Positions 35,401 through 45,536 of a stretch of DNA of 64,000 nt are shown piece by piece; within the stretch, counting starts at the first letter, position 1; each line of letters starts with the position of its first letter. Origin of the DNA: Candidatus Latescibacterota bacterium. Its GTDB lineage: Bacteria; Latescibacterota; UBA2968; GCA-2709665. Where the stretch lies: NCBI GenBank assembly GCA_965222075.1, contig OZ244937.1:1472001-1536000 (forward strand), in the 5' to 3' direction. A model generated the notes under the pieces. That model made no database searches. It was not told the DNA's origin and saw nothing but the letters and a program-made list of their open reading frames with translations. The translations under genes and the position numbers were made by a program.

Positions 35401-37419
35401 TTAATAAAACTTATGCACCCGATGTCCCTGGTACGGAAACCAGATCGCGTCCACCGCCACCCCCGCAGCCACCGCGAGAACATATCCCACCAGCATGCCG
35501 ATGAAAAACGGCATCGACTTCCGGTAGAACGCCGCTCCGCCGGCTTTGAGCATAACGAGCTTGATCAGCCAGGCTACGAAAAACGCGGAACTCGTCCGCC
35601 TCACCAGCCCCGTGCCCGAAAGCGCGAATCCGATTGGATGAATCGGCCACCGGGTGAAGCGATAGCGCAACAGGTTCAGGAGGACCATCACAGCGGCCCC
35701 GGCCAGGAAAAACCAGGTGTTGCCTGTCTCCATCGGCTTGGGAGAGATGATATCGCTCACAGTCCACCGATACTCCCGCGCCCCCGAAATGATGATGATA
35801 TAGTTGGGCCGGAAGTTATAGCCCCCGATCGTGTAGCCCAGCCAGACCGTGTAGAGCGTGGAGAGAACCACCCCCACGGCGAACGCCATCCCCAGCCCCC
35901 AGAAGAGCCGCCGTTTATCCCCGTGCACGAAATCGCCCAGCCGGTTGACGTGGGCCATTGCCACCAGGCCGAACCCCTTATGGTGGCTGAGCGCAAATGC
36001 CGACAGCCTCAGGGCCACGTGCGAAGACGCGTTTAGATTCTTCCCACCGCCCAGGATGGCCGTGGCCAGGGATGATGCGGTGAATCCCCCTGCCGAGGCC
36101 GGCAGGCTGGCATAGATAAATCCTGAATCCGCCACAATCTTCGCCAGACCGGTATAAACCAGGAGCATCGCAGGAACCAGCAGAAAAATCAGCTGTGTCT
36201 CCGCGCCCAGTTGCCAGAGCCAGGCGATAATGTAGAAACAACTGACAGCCAGACCGATAAATGCCCCTCGGTAAGACAGCAGCTCCCGGCTGTCGTCAAC
36301 GGGCGAACGGTCCGGATGCAGGGCCTTTCTGAAGGCGTCGCGAAGGTGGTGCCGGGCCACCCAGAGTCCCCAGAGCACGAGGGCCACAAAGGCGCCCGTC
36401 GTCTGCCACATAAAACGCCCTGCTCCCCAGTAAGGGGTACTCACCGGGATCCCGATCCGGTTCAGCGCACCCCCTTCGAGGATAAACAGCACATCGGACA
36501 GCCAGAGACTGAAGAGAACCTCTAAGCTGGCGAAATAGGAAAAGCAGATCACAACCGTGCTCACAAAGACCCACAGGGGCGGGTAGGCCCTGGGGAGCTT
36601 GATCCACACCCCACCCGCCGTTGGAAACTTTGGAAACGTCGGGTAGAACCAGGCGATCATATTCCACCAGAAAATGAACGAGATCAGCGCAAACCCCGTC
36701 CAGAACGCCCTCCCCTTCATAAACCCCGGCAGCCCGCGCCTCCCGGTTCCCACCTGCGTGGTCATCTCCACGATCGGAATCATCGCCGGATAGACCAGCC
36801 GCTCGTTCGCCGACCACTGCCGGTGCAGCAGAATCGAGACACACGCGCATGCCAGCCCCGCGGCAAAGGCCAACGTGAACCACCAGATCAGCGGCACGGC
36901 CCACACGTCCCAGGGAATCGAAACCCCCTGTGGAAGTCCCTCATAGAACCAGGTCATCGCCCTGGTTTCGTCTGAGGGAACCATCCAGCCCGGCAGGTGG
37001 GAGTGCAGGTACTCCGCCCACTGGTTCTCCGGCGTCGCAAAGTAGTAAGGGGCCACCATCAGACTGACAATGTACCCGCTTACCCCGTAGGTTGGCCCCA
37101 GCGCGCTGATAAATCCCATGCTGAAGATCGTAACCCACTCGGACGGAGAGAAAAGCAACCGCCTGCCGAACCGCCGGGCCAGCGCAGTGCATCCCAGGAT
37201 TGAAAGCAGAAAGAGAATCAGGTTCGCCATCGGCACGTGGCTGTAGGCCATAAACGACCCGTGCGGTACGTAGAGCACCGTATTGGCCAGCAGGTTCACC
37301 GCGATGGCGAGACAGAGCCCGAAGCCGATCGACCGCAGCGTCACGCCCCGCTCCCGCACACCCTCTTCTCCGGGAACCGGGCCAATTTGCATTTTGCAAT
37401 TTGCAATTCCCATCCACAC
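35401..37419 (-). CDS. DUF6785/DUF6784-type polytopic membrane protein (putative transporter); start uncertain
   Basis: GVTLRS, PYYFATPENQW, W..NERLVYP, WPIHPIGF, PFFIG; many TM helices. Confidence 0.8.
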   Translation of the reverse strand: MWMGIANCKMQIGPVPGEEGVRERGVTLRSIGFGLCLAIAVNLLANTVLYVPHGSFMAYSHVPMANLILFLLSILGCTALARRFGRRLLFSPSEWVTIFSMGFISALGPTYGVSGYIVSLMVAPYYFATPENQWAEYLHSHLPGWMVPSDETRAMTWFYEGLPQGVSIPWDVWAVPLIWWFTLAFAAGLACACVSILLHRQWSANERLVYPAMIPIVEMTTQVGTGRRGLPGFMKGRAFWTGFALISFIFWWNMIAWFYPTFPKFPTAGGVWIKLPRAYPPLWVFVSTVVICFSYFASLEVLFSLWLSDVLFILEGGALNRIGIPVSTPYWGAGRFMWQTTGAFVALVLWGLWVARHHLRDAFRKALHPDRSPVDDSRELLSYRGAFIGLAVSCFYIIAWLWQLGAETQLIFLLVPAMLLVYTGLAKIVADSGFIYASLPASAGGFTASSLATAILGGGKNLNASSHVALRLSAFALSHHKGFGLVAMAHVNRLGDFVHGDKRRLFWGLGMAFAVGVVLSTLYTVWLGYTIGGYNFRPNYIIIISGAREYRWTVSDIISPKPMETGNTWFFLAGAAVMVLLNLLRYRFTRWPIHPIGFALSGTGLVRRTSSAFFVAWLIKLVMLKAGGAAFYRKSMPFFIGMLVGYVLAVAAGVAVDAIWFPYQGHRVHKFY

Positions 37420-37586
37420 ACCTGCTCAGAAGTGACTCCTGACGTCCAGTCCCGGCTCACAGCCCCGTGCCCCTGGGGAGGGGTTCCGTGTCTTTCCGTG
37501 ATAAAAAGAATGGCGGCGGGCCGCCTTCCCACCTGCGAGAAGACGGCCGATGCCGCCAGTGCTGTAAACGCCTATACGGAAAAGCC

Positions 37587-38576
37587 TCAGAAGCTGCCGC
37601 TCACCGTAAGCCGCAGCGGGTTGTTCAGCAGATCCCCAAACTGCGTCCAGGCAATGTCGATGCCAAGCGATCGTCCCTCCTGCATGGGAACCCTCACCCC
37701 TGCGCCCACACTGAAGGTCTCTTCGGAGTAGTTGAACTTGTAGCCTCCGCGCAGCGCCAGGTGCTCTCCCATCACCAGCTCACTTCCCACATGCCACCGT
37801 GCGGCGAAATCGACGGCATAGGCAGTCTCAAAAGAGACCGTCAGGTAGGTCGGATCTCCCTCCTCCTGGTTGCCGTAGAGCTCCCCCGCCCCGCCGACCG
37901 TGAAGTAGAGCGGCATATAGGCATGGTCAAACGAATAGTTCACATCCTTGCCCAGGTTCTTGAGCGACATGGAGAGCCGGACGCTCTTGAAGCCCGTGGA
38001 AAAATGCGTGCCCACGTCAAAGATGGGGGTCGTCGTGCTCTCTGTGAAGATCGTCTGCTGCGCAAAGCGCAACCTCACGCCTACACTCAGCTTGTTCGTC
38101 GGCCGGGCCGCGTAGGTCAAACCCGCCACAAAGGCGTTGCCCTCCACCATCCGGCCGGTCCCCTGCGGCCGAAAGATCGTCCGCTCCTCCACCGTGCCCG
38201 TGCGGAAGGACCGCACGCTGATGCCGATCACGCCCTTCGCCGTGTCATACGTGATGGCCGCCGCGTAAACCGACGTGTCCACCAGCCATCGGTTGTAGGA
38301 CATCATGTAATGCGTACCCTTGAGATTCCCGATTCCGGCCGGGTTCCAGAAGATGCTGCTGATGTCGTTGCCCACTGCCGTGTAAGCATCGCCCATCGCC
38401 ACCCCCCGGGCACCCACGCCGATCTTCAGGAAGGCGAACGTCGAGGCCCCGACCTTATTGCCGTCTTTATTCAAGTCAGCGGCGTAATAGAACCTCTCCC
38501 GGGCATCGGCAGATGAACCAATGCCCAAGAGCACGATCACGAGGACCGATACAGCGATCCGAAATCCGCTTTTCAT
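37587..38576 (-). CDS. PorV/PorQ (UPF0164) family outer membrane beta-barrel
   Basis: Signal peptide, FLKIGVGARGVAMG.A, IFWNPAG, LRGGY, C-terminal Phe. Confidence 0.88.
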   Translation of the reverse strand: MKSGFRIAVSVLVIVLLGIGSSADARERFYYAADLNKDGNKVGASTFAFLKIGVGARGVAMGDAYTAVGNDISSIFWNPAGIGNLKGTHYMMSYNRWLVDTSVYAAAITYDTAKGVIGISVRSFRTGTVEERTIFRPQGTGRMVEGNAFVAGLTYAARPTNKLSVGVRLRFAQQTIFTESTTTPIFDVGTHFSTGFKSVRLSMSLKNLGKDVNYSFDHAYMPLYFTVGGAGELYGNQEEGDPTYLTVSFETAYAVDFAARWHVGSELVMGEHLALRGGYKFNYSEETFSVGAGVRVPMQEGRSLGIDIAWTQFGDLLNNPLRLTVSGSF

Positions 38577-38636
38577 ATCCCTCGCTCCTTATGCAAGTAT
38601 AACAGAATGGCTTCAGTCTTCTCTCAACAGGCTGAA

Positions 38637-41036
38637 CTACTTGATAACGAAAAACTTCCCGGTCTGTATCTTCCCCATGCTCGACTCCATCAGGGACTTG
38701 ACTACAAAGAAGTAGACCCCGCTGGAGACCTCACCCGTCATCGACGTGGCCATCTGCGCCCACTTCACCTCCCCCAACTGCCCCGATGTCTTATCCGTGT
38801 CGTCGTGTTCAAAATGGGCCACCATGTCGCCCGAAGACGAGAAGACAAAGATCTCGCAATGGGTCGGAACGTTAACAAAGCGAAGCTCCACCTTCCCCGG
38901 GTACATGTGAACGCCGTCGTCCCAGAACGGATTCGGCACCACATAGACCTCCCGGCTCAGGTTGTCCGTTTCGGAAATCGCGGGCTGGCTTGGGCTGGCA
39001 GGGATCGGCGCCTTCTGTTCTGCCGCCGACAACCCGCTCTCCAACCCCGCCTGCACGTGCGCGGCGACCTTTCCCGGCAGCGTGGCCATCGAGCCCACAC
39101 TCCCCTGCCAGTCCGCATGGCCCGTATCGTAGCTTCGCACCGAGTACCAGTAGTTGAACCCCGCCACGGACTTCACGTCCTCGTAAGTGTAGGTCCCTGC
39201 TGCCCCATCGTGCGAAAAGTTCGCCGCCAGCGCACCCTTGGGCGTCTGCGCGACAAGTGTCCACGGGCCGTCAGGGGTCCACGTAGCCTGATAGATCCGG
39301 TACCCCGCCACATCGGCCGCCTCCCCGCCCGTATAGTCCGGGTCTGTCGCGTTGTCCGCGCCGTCCCCCCAAAGGATCAGGTTAGTGGCGTTGGAGCTAT
39401 CCACGATGCGGGCATACACATCGGGCGGCGCATCGGGCACATCGTACTCGTTCTGGTACGCCCAAATCGCACGCTCTGCGAACTCGACCATCCACTCCTC
39501 TCCCTTGGCCAACTCCGACAAGCTGCGCGGGTTATTCCGCGTCCAGGTGAAGATGTCCCCCTCGCCCGCGCCGCTGCCGATTGCAAATACCATCACGATC
39601 TTGCCCTTCTCACCCGGTGCAAGCGTATAAGGCCCGTAGGTCTGCCCACCGAACCAGGCCGCCACCTGGCTCATGGGCGGATCCGGATCAATACCCGGCG
39701 TGGTGACCATATCGAACATCTGCTTACGGGAGTGCACCGCCGCTCTCGGGTCAGCGAAGACGGTCTGCCCCTCGCACGGCCACCAGCGCACGGCGCGGGG
39801 CTGATCGCCCACTGGCTCCACATATTCTTTGGCCGCATCCCGGCCGTTGAACGGCTTGTCCAACCCGTAGGCCACCGGGGCCATGCCCACAAACTGATAG
39901 GAATTGAACTCCCCGTCAATGCGGCCCGTATTACAGTTGATATTCTGAATTGTGGACTCGATCGGATCGCCCGTATCCTCTAAGAGCGTCGTCGGATTGT
40001 CCCCGTCAAAATGGTAGCCGATCTTCAGGTTTTTCCCGGCCGCAGGGCCACTGTAGTTCGGCGACTCCGAGTACCTCACGTGGTCGTCAATCGACCAGTC
40101 GTGGAAGATGTACCACCGGTCTGCGTAGCGCCAGGCCGTGCCCGCGCCGCTTACCGCCATGGCGTTGATGAACGAAAGGTAGACCTCCTCGAGCGTCTCC
40201 TCGGGCAGATCCCGTTCCCCGTCGCCATCCGAGTCACCGGTATTTTCGAACTCCACCTCTACGATCATAAAATCGTCCCAGTCCCGGTAGCTCCATTCCA
40301 ATGCCTTCCGGCTAAACGTGACGCCCGCAAGCGTCGTCCATTTGGTGACGACAACCTCCTCGGGCCAGTTGTCGTCCGGGATGTACCGGTAGAAATCGAA
40401 GTTCTCGATCTTCGGCGGAATGCGCGAGATGTCTGCGCGTGCCTTCTCGTCCTCAACAAAGGTAGACCCAGGATAATATCTGCCCGTACGCCAATCATTA
40501 CCGGCCAGATCCGCAGGCACGGGAACCTTTTTCACAACACCCAGACCAGCGAGTTCGGAATCTTCTGCCGGGTCGTACAGCATCGGGAAGATCTCGTCTA
40601 ACAAGTCCCCCCTCGGGTTCGTGTACACGACGTAGTGGCCGTCCACCGAGGCGTTGCCGACCGGATGGCCGGAAAAGCTCGCCGGTACCTTCGTACTCAG
40701 CCAGATCCCCTCCCCGTGCGACGAACGTTCCTGGTTCGCCTCGGAGTTGCAGTCGTGCCGGTGCGTAATGAGACTTTTTGTCCAGCTACCGCCCGCCACC
40801 ACGTCCCCCCCTGCCTGTCTGGGGTAAGAAAGTCCGATGCTGTACCCGCGGACCTGGTCAATCGTTGCTCCCTGGGTACCCAAGTTCGTGAACCGGCTGC
40901 CAATCAACCCGCGTGTTGTGCCGGTCGACGAAGCGCTCGCCGCATCGTTGGCCATGGCATTTCCCGACCAGAACAGACCCAGACCAACTGAGATCAGCAA
41001 AACGCCGGACAGCGTCCAGTTCTTGTTCCCAATCAT
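38637..41036 (-). CDS. large secreted protein with FnIII-like region and T9SS-like C-terminal domain
   Basis: Signal peptide, PDAPP, AGYRIY, YWYSVRSYD, VYVVPNPF...IFSSSGDMV...SSGVYFFVV...GKFFVIK; ATG 41036 after AAGGAG. Confidence 0.75.
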   Translation of the reverse strand: MIGNKNWTLSGVLLISVGLGLFWSGNAMANDAASASSTGTTRGLIGSRFTNLGTQGATIDQVRGYSIGLSYPRQAGGDVVAGGSWTKSLITHRHDCNSEANQERSSHGEGIWLSTKVPASFSGHPVGNASVDGHYVVYTNPRGDLLDEIFPMLYDPAEDSELAGLGVVKKVPVPADLAGNDWRTGRYYPGSTFVEDEKARADISRIPPKIENFDFYRYIPDDNWPEEVVVTKWTTLAGVTFSRKALEWSYRDWDDFMIVEVEFENTGDSDGDGERDLPEETLEEVYLSFINAMAVSGAGTAWRYADRWYIFHDWSIDDHVRYSESPNYSGPAAGKNLKIGYHFDGDNPTTLLEDTGDPIESTIQNINCNTGRIDGEFNSYQFVGMAPVAYGLDKPFNGRDAAKEYVEPVGDQPRAVRWWPCEGQTVFADPRAAVHSRKQMFDMVTTPGIDPDPPMSQVAAWFGGQTYGPYTLAPGEKGKIVMVFAIGSGAGEGDIFTWTRNNPRSLSELAKGEEWMVEFAERAIWAYQNEYDVPDAPPDVYARIVDSSNATNLILWGDGADNATDPDYTGGEAADVAGYRIYQATWTPDGPWTLVAQTPKGALAANFSHDGAAGTYTYEDVKSVAGFNYWYSVRSYDTGHADWQGSVGSMATLPGKVAAHVQAGLESGLSAAEQKAPIPASPSQPAISETDNLSREVYVVPNPFWDDGVHMYPGKVELRFVNVPTHCEIFVFSSSGDMVAHFEHDDTDKTSGQLGEVKWAQMATSMTGEVSSGVYFFVVKSLMESSMGKIQTGKFFVIK

Positions 41037-41142
41037 GGATAAACTCCTTTTCAAGATAGAACCCCCCGCTTCCTGACCGTTCGGTCTTCAGCGGCCGGCT
41101 TTTCGCCGGGGGCCGATCGCCGGCCGCCGAACGCGTTCCTCC

Positions 41143-44100
41143 TTAGAAGTTCGCACGAATGCCGAACACCATCTCCCTCGGGTTCCCGTAATACCGCGAC
41201 CGATCGCTGAGATCGCCGTACTTCAGGTAGTCGGGATCGTTAGGTCGAGGCGCCTGCAGCCCCCACTGAATGTAGTCGAATCCGCTTGACACCGAGTCCT
41301 TCTGATTGAATACATTGAAAGCCTCAAGATAAAGGGAAAACTCACCCCTGGCGAACGGGAAGCTCTTCTCCACGTGCATATCCGTCCAGGTGCGGATTGC
41401 CCGGTGCCGGACCTCCCGCCTGCCCGTCGGGGGATTGTAGTTGAAATTGCTGCCCGTGTAGATCCGGTAGATCAGATTCACCCGCCAGTTGGCAAACACA
41501 GGACTGCCGAACAACCTCACGTTTGGACCATAATCCGGCGATGTGGCGTAGAGAAACTGCGCACTCCCCGAGTTCCGGACGTCGCTCCTTGGGCTGATGC
41601 CTCCCGAATAGGCCCTGGGCATCATCCAGAGGTGGTTCTCATCGATGTCATCAAACCCGGTGTACCCCCACTCCTTCATCGGAGCCAAAGTCCCATAGTA
41701 GTACCTGCCGCTTATGGACTGGTTCCTGTTGTTTCTATGGTTCTGCAGATATCTGTTCAGATAACTCCCCGCCCCGGCCAACTCCTCCTCCGCCAGGTAC
41801 ACGGGCACCTCCCGGCCGCCTTCCACCTTGAAATCCGACCAGTAGCGCGGCGTTCCATCGGCGTAGGGCGTCGATATCCAAATCGAATCCGGTACTATGT
41901 CGTTCCGATAATTCCCGTTCCGCCCGTCGGTAAACCACCGCAGGTTGTAGGCCACCCGGAACGAGAAGTTCCCGCTGAACCGCTTCTTGAGCGACATCTC
42001 CAATCCCCGGATGTCCTCGAAGTGCTGGTTGCCCAGGCTGAGGATGTACCTCCGCACCCACCGCCTCTTATCCCCCTGAAGCGTGGACGACCCGGGCCTC
42101 CGGTACTGGTTCGACTGGCTCTTGTAGAAAATCGAGGACGCCAGGACGAAGTCGGACACAAAGTTCCAGTCTACCCCGACCTCGAAGCTGACGTTCTTCT
42201 CAACCTTGAACTTCGAGCTGCCCTGACCGCCTCGCACTGGATAGGAGACGATTCCCGTATTGAAGAATTCGGATGCATCGATCACCCCGTTGTTGTCCCA
42301 GTCCTGGTCCTGGCTCGACGTCAGCCAGTCCTGGTTGTACAGGTAGTAGAGGCTCGGCCACTGCGCAAACTGTCCGATAAAAAAGTGCACCGTTGACCGG
42401 TCCGTGATCGGGTGAGACACCCCCAGACGCGGACTCAGCTTGAAACGCGGCGGCTGGTCTTTAAGCGGCACGTTCTGGAAGCGTGTATAGGTGAGGTACA
42501 TCGGCATCTTGGCAGCGTGCGGCAAGAACGGCACGTGGTCCCACGGATCTAACCAGTCGAAACGCACACCGGCATTGATGATCAGGCCTTCGAACTCCAT
42601 CTTGTCCTGGAGGTACAAGGCGCCGATAATCGGTCCTGCGGGCTGGCCCAGGAACACGCCGTTCTTGCCCGAAAGTTCGAGCCGCCGGCGCACGGCCGTA
42701 TCCCGGGTGACCCTGGTGGTCCAGATACTGTGCTTCACAAGGTCCAGGCCCGCCTTGACAAAGTGCCCCCGCGTCACCTGGCTGGAAAAGTCCGCCTTCA
42801 ACTGCCAGCTCGTCCGGCTCTTCTGCTCGAACTGCCGGACGTGACGGTACACGGTAAACCACCCATCCCTGTCCCTCTGAGGATCGAGCGTGGCCTTCTG
42901 GCCGCCCGGCACCTGGCTCGTGTCCTGCATCGACGAAGACCGCGCGATCCGCACCTCGTAGAACGTCCGCGGCGACAGCGTATGCGTGAGCGTCACGTAT
43001 TCCGTGTGGTCCGTATTCCTGTTCTTGCCCGAGCCAGACCACTCCATGGGCAGGAAGATATTCCTCCCGCTATCACCCAGCCCCTTCACAATCCCCCCGC
43101 TTACCCAGTACGAAACGTCTTGCTCAACGTAGCGGGAGAACCTCCGGAACATACCGCCGACCTTCAGCTTCAAGTTCTGGGACGGCCGAAAGGTCCCGTT
43201 ATAACTCATGTTAGTGTACCCGACAGACGGAATCAGCGCCCCGTTGGGCAGCTCAAACCCACTCTTCAGAGGCGCCGGCAGAGGACTGGCCAGCCGGCTG
43301 ATGTCTGCGGCAACCATAAAGCTCGAATTGTCCGTAAGCGGGCCCGAAACGTTCACGTCAAAAGCGTGCCCCCCAACCTCCGTGTAGTCAATACGCTCGT
43401 GGGCCAGACCCTGCACGTCATCCTCCGTGCCGAGTACCCCGTCCGGACCCACCGCGGCGTAGGTCTCATTCTCCCACGCGGCATTTCCCCACTTCATCTT
43501 GTCCTTGTGAATTGGGGCCTCGTAGACATTGGCTCCCCAGTGCTTCTTGCCCGCAGGCGTGTAGCGGTACTCCCCCCAGGCGTGGTAATCCGGTGCGCCT
43601 TCCCGGGTCACCACGCTGATCACGCCGCCCTGGGCGTTTCCGTACTCGGCCTCCATACCTCCCGTCACCAGCGCGATCTCCTGCGCCGCCGTCTTGCTCA
43701 ACCCGGCGAAGATCTGCCGGCCCACCCCCCTCTGATAGCCGGCCTGGGTGCTGTGCGACACCTGCACGCCGTCTACATAGTAGATAATGTCATTTCCGTC
43801 CCCACGGGAACCGGACGTCCCTATTTCCGAAGAGCGTACCGATTCCTCACCCCCGACGTCTGCGCCCGGCTGGAGGGCAACCACCTCGCTGGCCGTCCGC
43901 ACGATGGGCACCTCCGCAATCTCCGCCTCACCCACCACATATTTGCTCGACGTCTTGTCCACCTCCACGAGCGGACGCTCCACGGTCACCACGATCTCCG
44001 CCGCCTCAATCGCGGTCTCGGTTAATTTGAAATTCACCTCCGACGTAAAATCCGCCCGAACATCCACATCCGTCTTCGTCTGGTTGTTGTACCCGACCAT

Positions 44101-44355
44101 AGACGCCGTCAGGCTGTATATACCCGGCTCCACTGTCAGGATTACGTAGTAGCCTTCCGCATCTGTGGTCGTACCCCGCCGCGTACCCACAATCACCACA
44201 CTCGCCCCCGGCAGGGGCTGGCCCATCTCATCTAAGACGGTCCCGGTGATCTTCCCCGTCGTCCCGGCAGCAGCCAGCGACGGCAACACCAACAAGAGGC
44301 AGAGGGCACCAAAGGCCCATCCTGCCTTGCCAAATACCCTGCTGTTAATTCCCAT
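41143..44355 (-). CDS. TonB-dependent receptor with N-terminal carboxypeptidase-regulatory-like domain
   Basis: GTTGKITG, PLPGASV, GGMEAEYGNAQGGVI plug, YLQDKMEF, SPRLGVSHPI, NPR...F terminal. Confidence 0.92.
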   Translation of the reverse strand: MGINSRVFGKAGWAFGALCLLLVLPSLAAAGTTGKITGTVLDEMGQPLPGASVVIVGTRRGTTTDAEGYYVILTVEPGIYSLTASMVGYNNQTKTDVDVRADFTSEVNFKLTETAIEAAEIVVTVERPLVEVDKTSSKYVVGEAEIAEVPIVRTASEVVALQPGADVGGEESVRSSEIGTSGSRGDGNDIIYYVDGVQVSHSTQAGYQRGVGRQIFAGLSKTAAQEIALVTGGMEAEYGNAQGGVISVVTREGAPDYHAWGEYRYTPAGKKHWGANVYEAPIHKDKMKWGNAAWENETYAAVGPDGVLGTEDDVQGLAHERIDYTEVGGHAFDVNVSGPLTDNSSFMVAADISRLASPLPAPLKSGFELPNGALIPSVGYTNMSYNGTFRPSQNLKLKVGGMFRRFSRYVEQDVSYWVSGGIVKGLGDSGRNIFLPMEWSGSGKNRNTDHTEYVTLTHTLSPRTFYEVRIARSSSMQDTSQVPGGQKATLDPQRDRDGWFTVYRHVRQFEQKSRTSWQLKADFSSQVTRGHFVKAGLDLVKHSIWTTRVTRDTAVRRRLELSGKNGVFLGQPAGPIIGALYLQDKMEFEGLIINAGVRFDWLDPWDHVPFLPHAAKMPMYLTYTRFQNVPLKDQPPRFKLSPRLGVSHPITDRSTVHFFIGQFAQWPSLYYLYNQDWLTSSQDQDWDNNGVIDASEFFNTGIVSYPVRGGQGSSKFKVEKNVSFEVGVDWNFVSDFVLASSIFYKSQSNQYRRPGSSTLQGDKRRWVRRYILSLGNQHFEDIRGLEMSLKKRFSGNFSFRVAYNLRWFTDGRNGNYRNDIVPDSIWISTPYADGTPRYWSDFKVEGGREVPVYLAEEELAGAGSYLNRYLQNHRNNRNQSISGRYYYGTLAPMKEWGYTGFDDIDENHLWMMPRAYSGGISPRSDVRNSGSAQFLYATSPDYGPNVRLFGSPVFANWRVNLIYRIYTGSNFNYNPPTGRREVRHRAIRTWTDMHVEKSFPFARGEFSLYLEAFNVFNQKDSVSSGFDYIQWGLQAPRPNDPDYLKYGDLSDRSRYYGNPREMVFGIRANF

Positions 44356-44380
44356 ATTTCTATACCCCCCTTACTTGAGG

Positions 44381-45100
44381 TTACCGGCCCGATTCGTAGA
44401 ACCTCACCGCTATCCCAAAATCGAGCATCTGCAGCGGCCACGCCTCCTTCACCTCCCAGGCCTCCCGGGAATTGAGCTGCCCGAGGATGAAGTTGTAGCG
44501 TATCCGAAAGTCGAGGGCCAGGTTCTTCGTCAAAAACCGCTCCGCCCCCAACCCCCAATTCATCCCCAACGCTGTTCGCGTATCCTGCTGGGGTTCCAAA
44601 AGCAAACTCATATCCAGCGGTTCGGCCGACTGGGCCGGAAAGATCAACCCGGAAAGGGTGTTGTTGTAATCGTAAAACCCACCTCCTACAGTAACATAAG
44701 GCGACGTCTTCTGCGCCTGGAACAGGTCCGATTGATCCCCCAGGCGGACCAGGAAATTGATCACCACGGTGTTGATCTCCATGTCGGCCGCCGCCCGTGG
44801 GCTCTTGTACTGCTTGCCATCCACGGCCCACAGGAACGTCCGATCTTCGATCTTCCCATTGTGGTAGTTCGCACGGTGGTACTCAAACTCCATCGTCACC
44901 CTGGAGTCCATCGAATGGAGGAGGGTCGCTCCCCACTTCGCCGATTTCGTATACCACCCGTCACGCAGTGCAAACAAGGGCATGTTGTAATTGATAAACA
45001 CGCCGCCGCCGAACCGCCTGTAGTCCTGCGCATCAGCCAAGGTTGGCAAAAACAGAAGCAAGAAGCCAACGAACCCCAGGAATCTCCATCTGTTTTTCAA
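44381..45100 (-). CDS. outer membrane beta-barrel protein (OmpA/OmpW-like, small)
   Basis: Signal peptide, PYVTVGGG, G.NWGLG.E.F, alternating beta strands. Confidence 0.8.
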   Translation of the reverse strand: MKNRWRFLGFVGFLLLFLPTLADAQDYRRFGGGVFINYNMPLFALRDGWYTKSAKWGATLLHSMDSRVTMEFEYHRANYHNGKIEDRTFLWAVDGKQYKSPRAAADMEINTVVINFLVRLGDQSDLFQAQKTSPYVTVGGGFYDYNNTLSGLIFPAQSAEPLDMSLLLEPQQDTRTALGMNWGLGAERFLTKNLALDFRIRYNFILGQLNSREAWEVKEAWPLQMLDFGIAVRFYESGR

Positions 45101-45345
45101 AACCGAACCTCCTTATCTTCTGCATGCTGTCGAACCGAAACAACTCGACTGCTACCCTTCAACACTCACGTTCTGCGCATCCCCTCCTTTCTCTAATTTA
45201 ATCCGATTCAATGGCTAACTGCATATAGTCTCAGCAGCCAGTCCTTCATAACCCCTCTTCCCAAATCTTATAATTGTCACTAATCAAAAAACATAAAATA
45301 TAAGAAATTATAATAAATTTCCTCATTAATCCTTATCCAATGCCA

Positions 45346-45375
45346 ATTATAATTAGGAGACACGTCTTTTGTCAA
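45346..45375 (-). promoter_or_regulatory. consensus sigma70 promoter for the OMP-TBDR operon
   Basis: TTGACA (45375-45370), 18 nt, TATAAT (45351-45346) in an AT-rich divergent intergenic region. Confidence 0.7.
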
Positions 45376-45460
45376 GTGTTTTTTTGAAAGATCATGAGAT
45401 TGAAAACAAACACAAAGAACCGACTATGGTGGGAAGAAGACGATCCAGTGATGAAACCTA

Positions 45461-45489
45461 TTGATAAAAACCGCATGAATCCATATATT
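45461..45489 (+). promoter_or_regulatory. sigma70 promoter for the GWxTD gene
   Basis: TTGATA-17 nt-TATATT; inverted repeat AATCGG-N9-CCGATT just downstream (45499-45519). Confidence 0.55.
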
Positions 45490-45536
45490 TAAAAAGACAA
45501 TCGGATCATAAAACCGATTTAAATTCGGAGATTTAT

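Noticed and set aside
38607-39983. 458-aa plus-strand ORF
   Set aside because: Antisense shadow of the CTD protein gene
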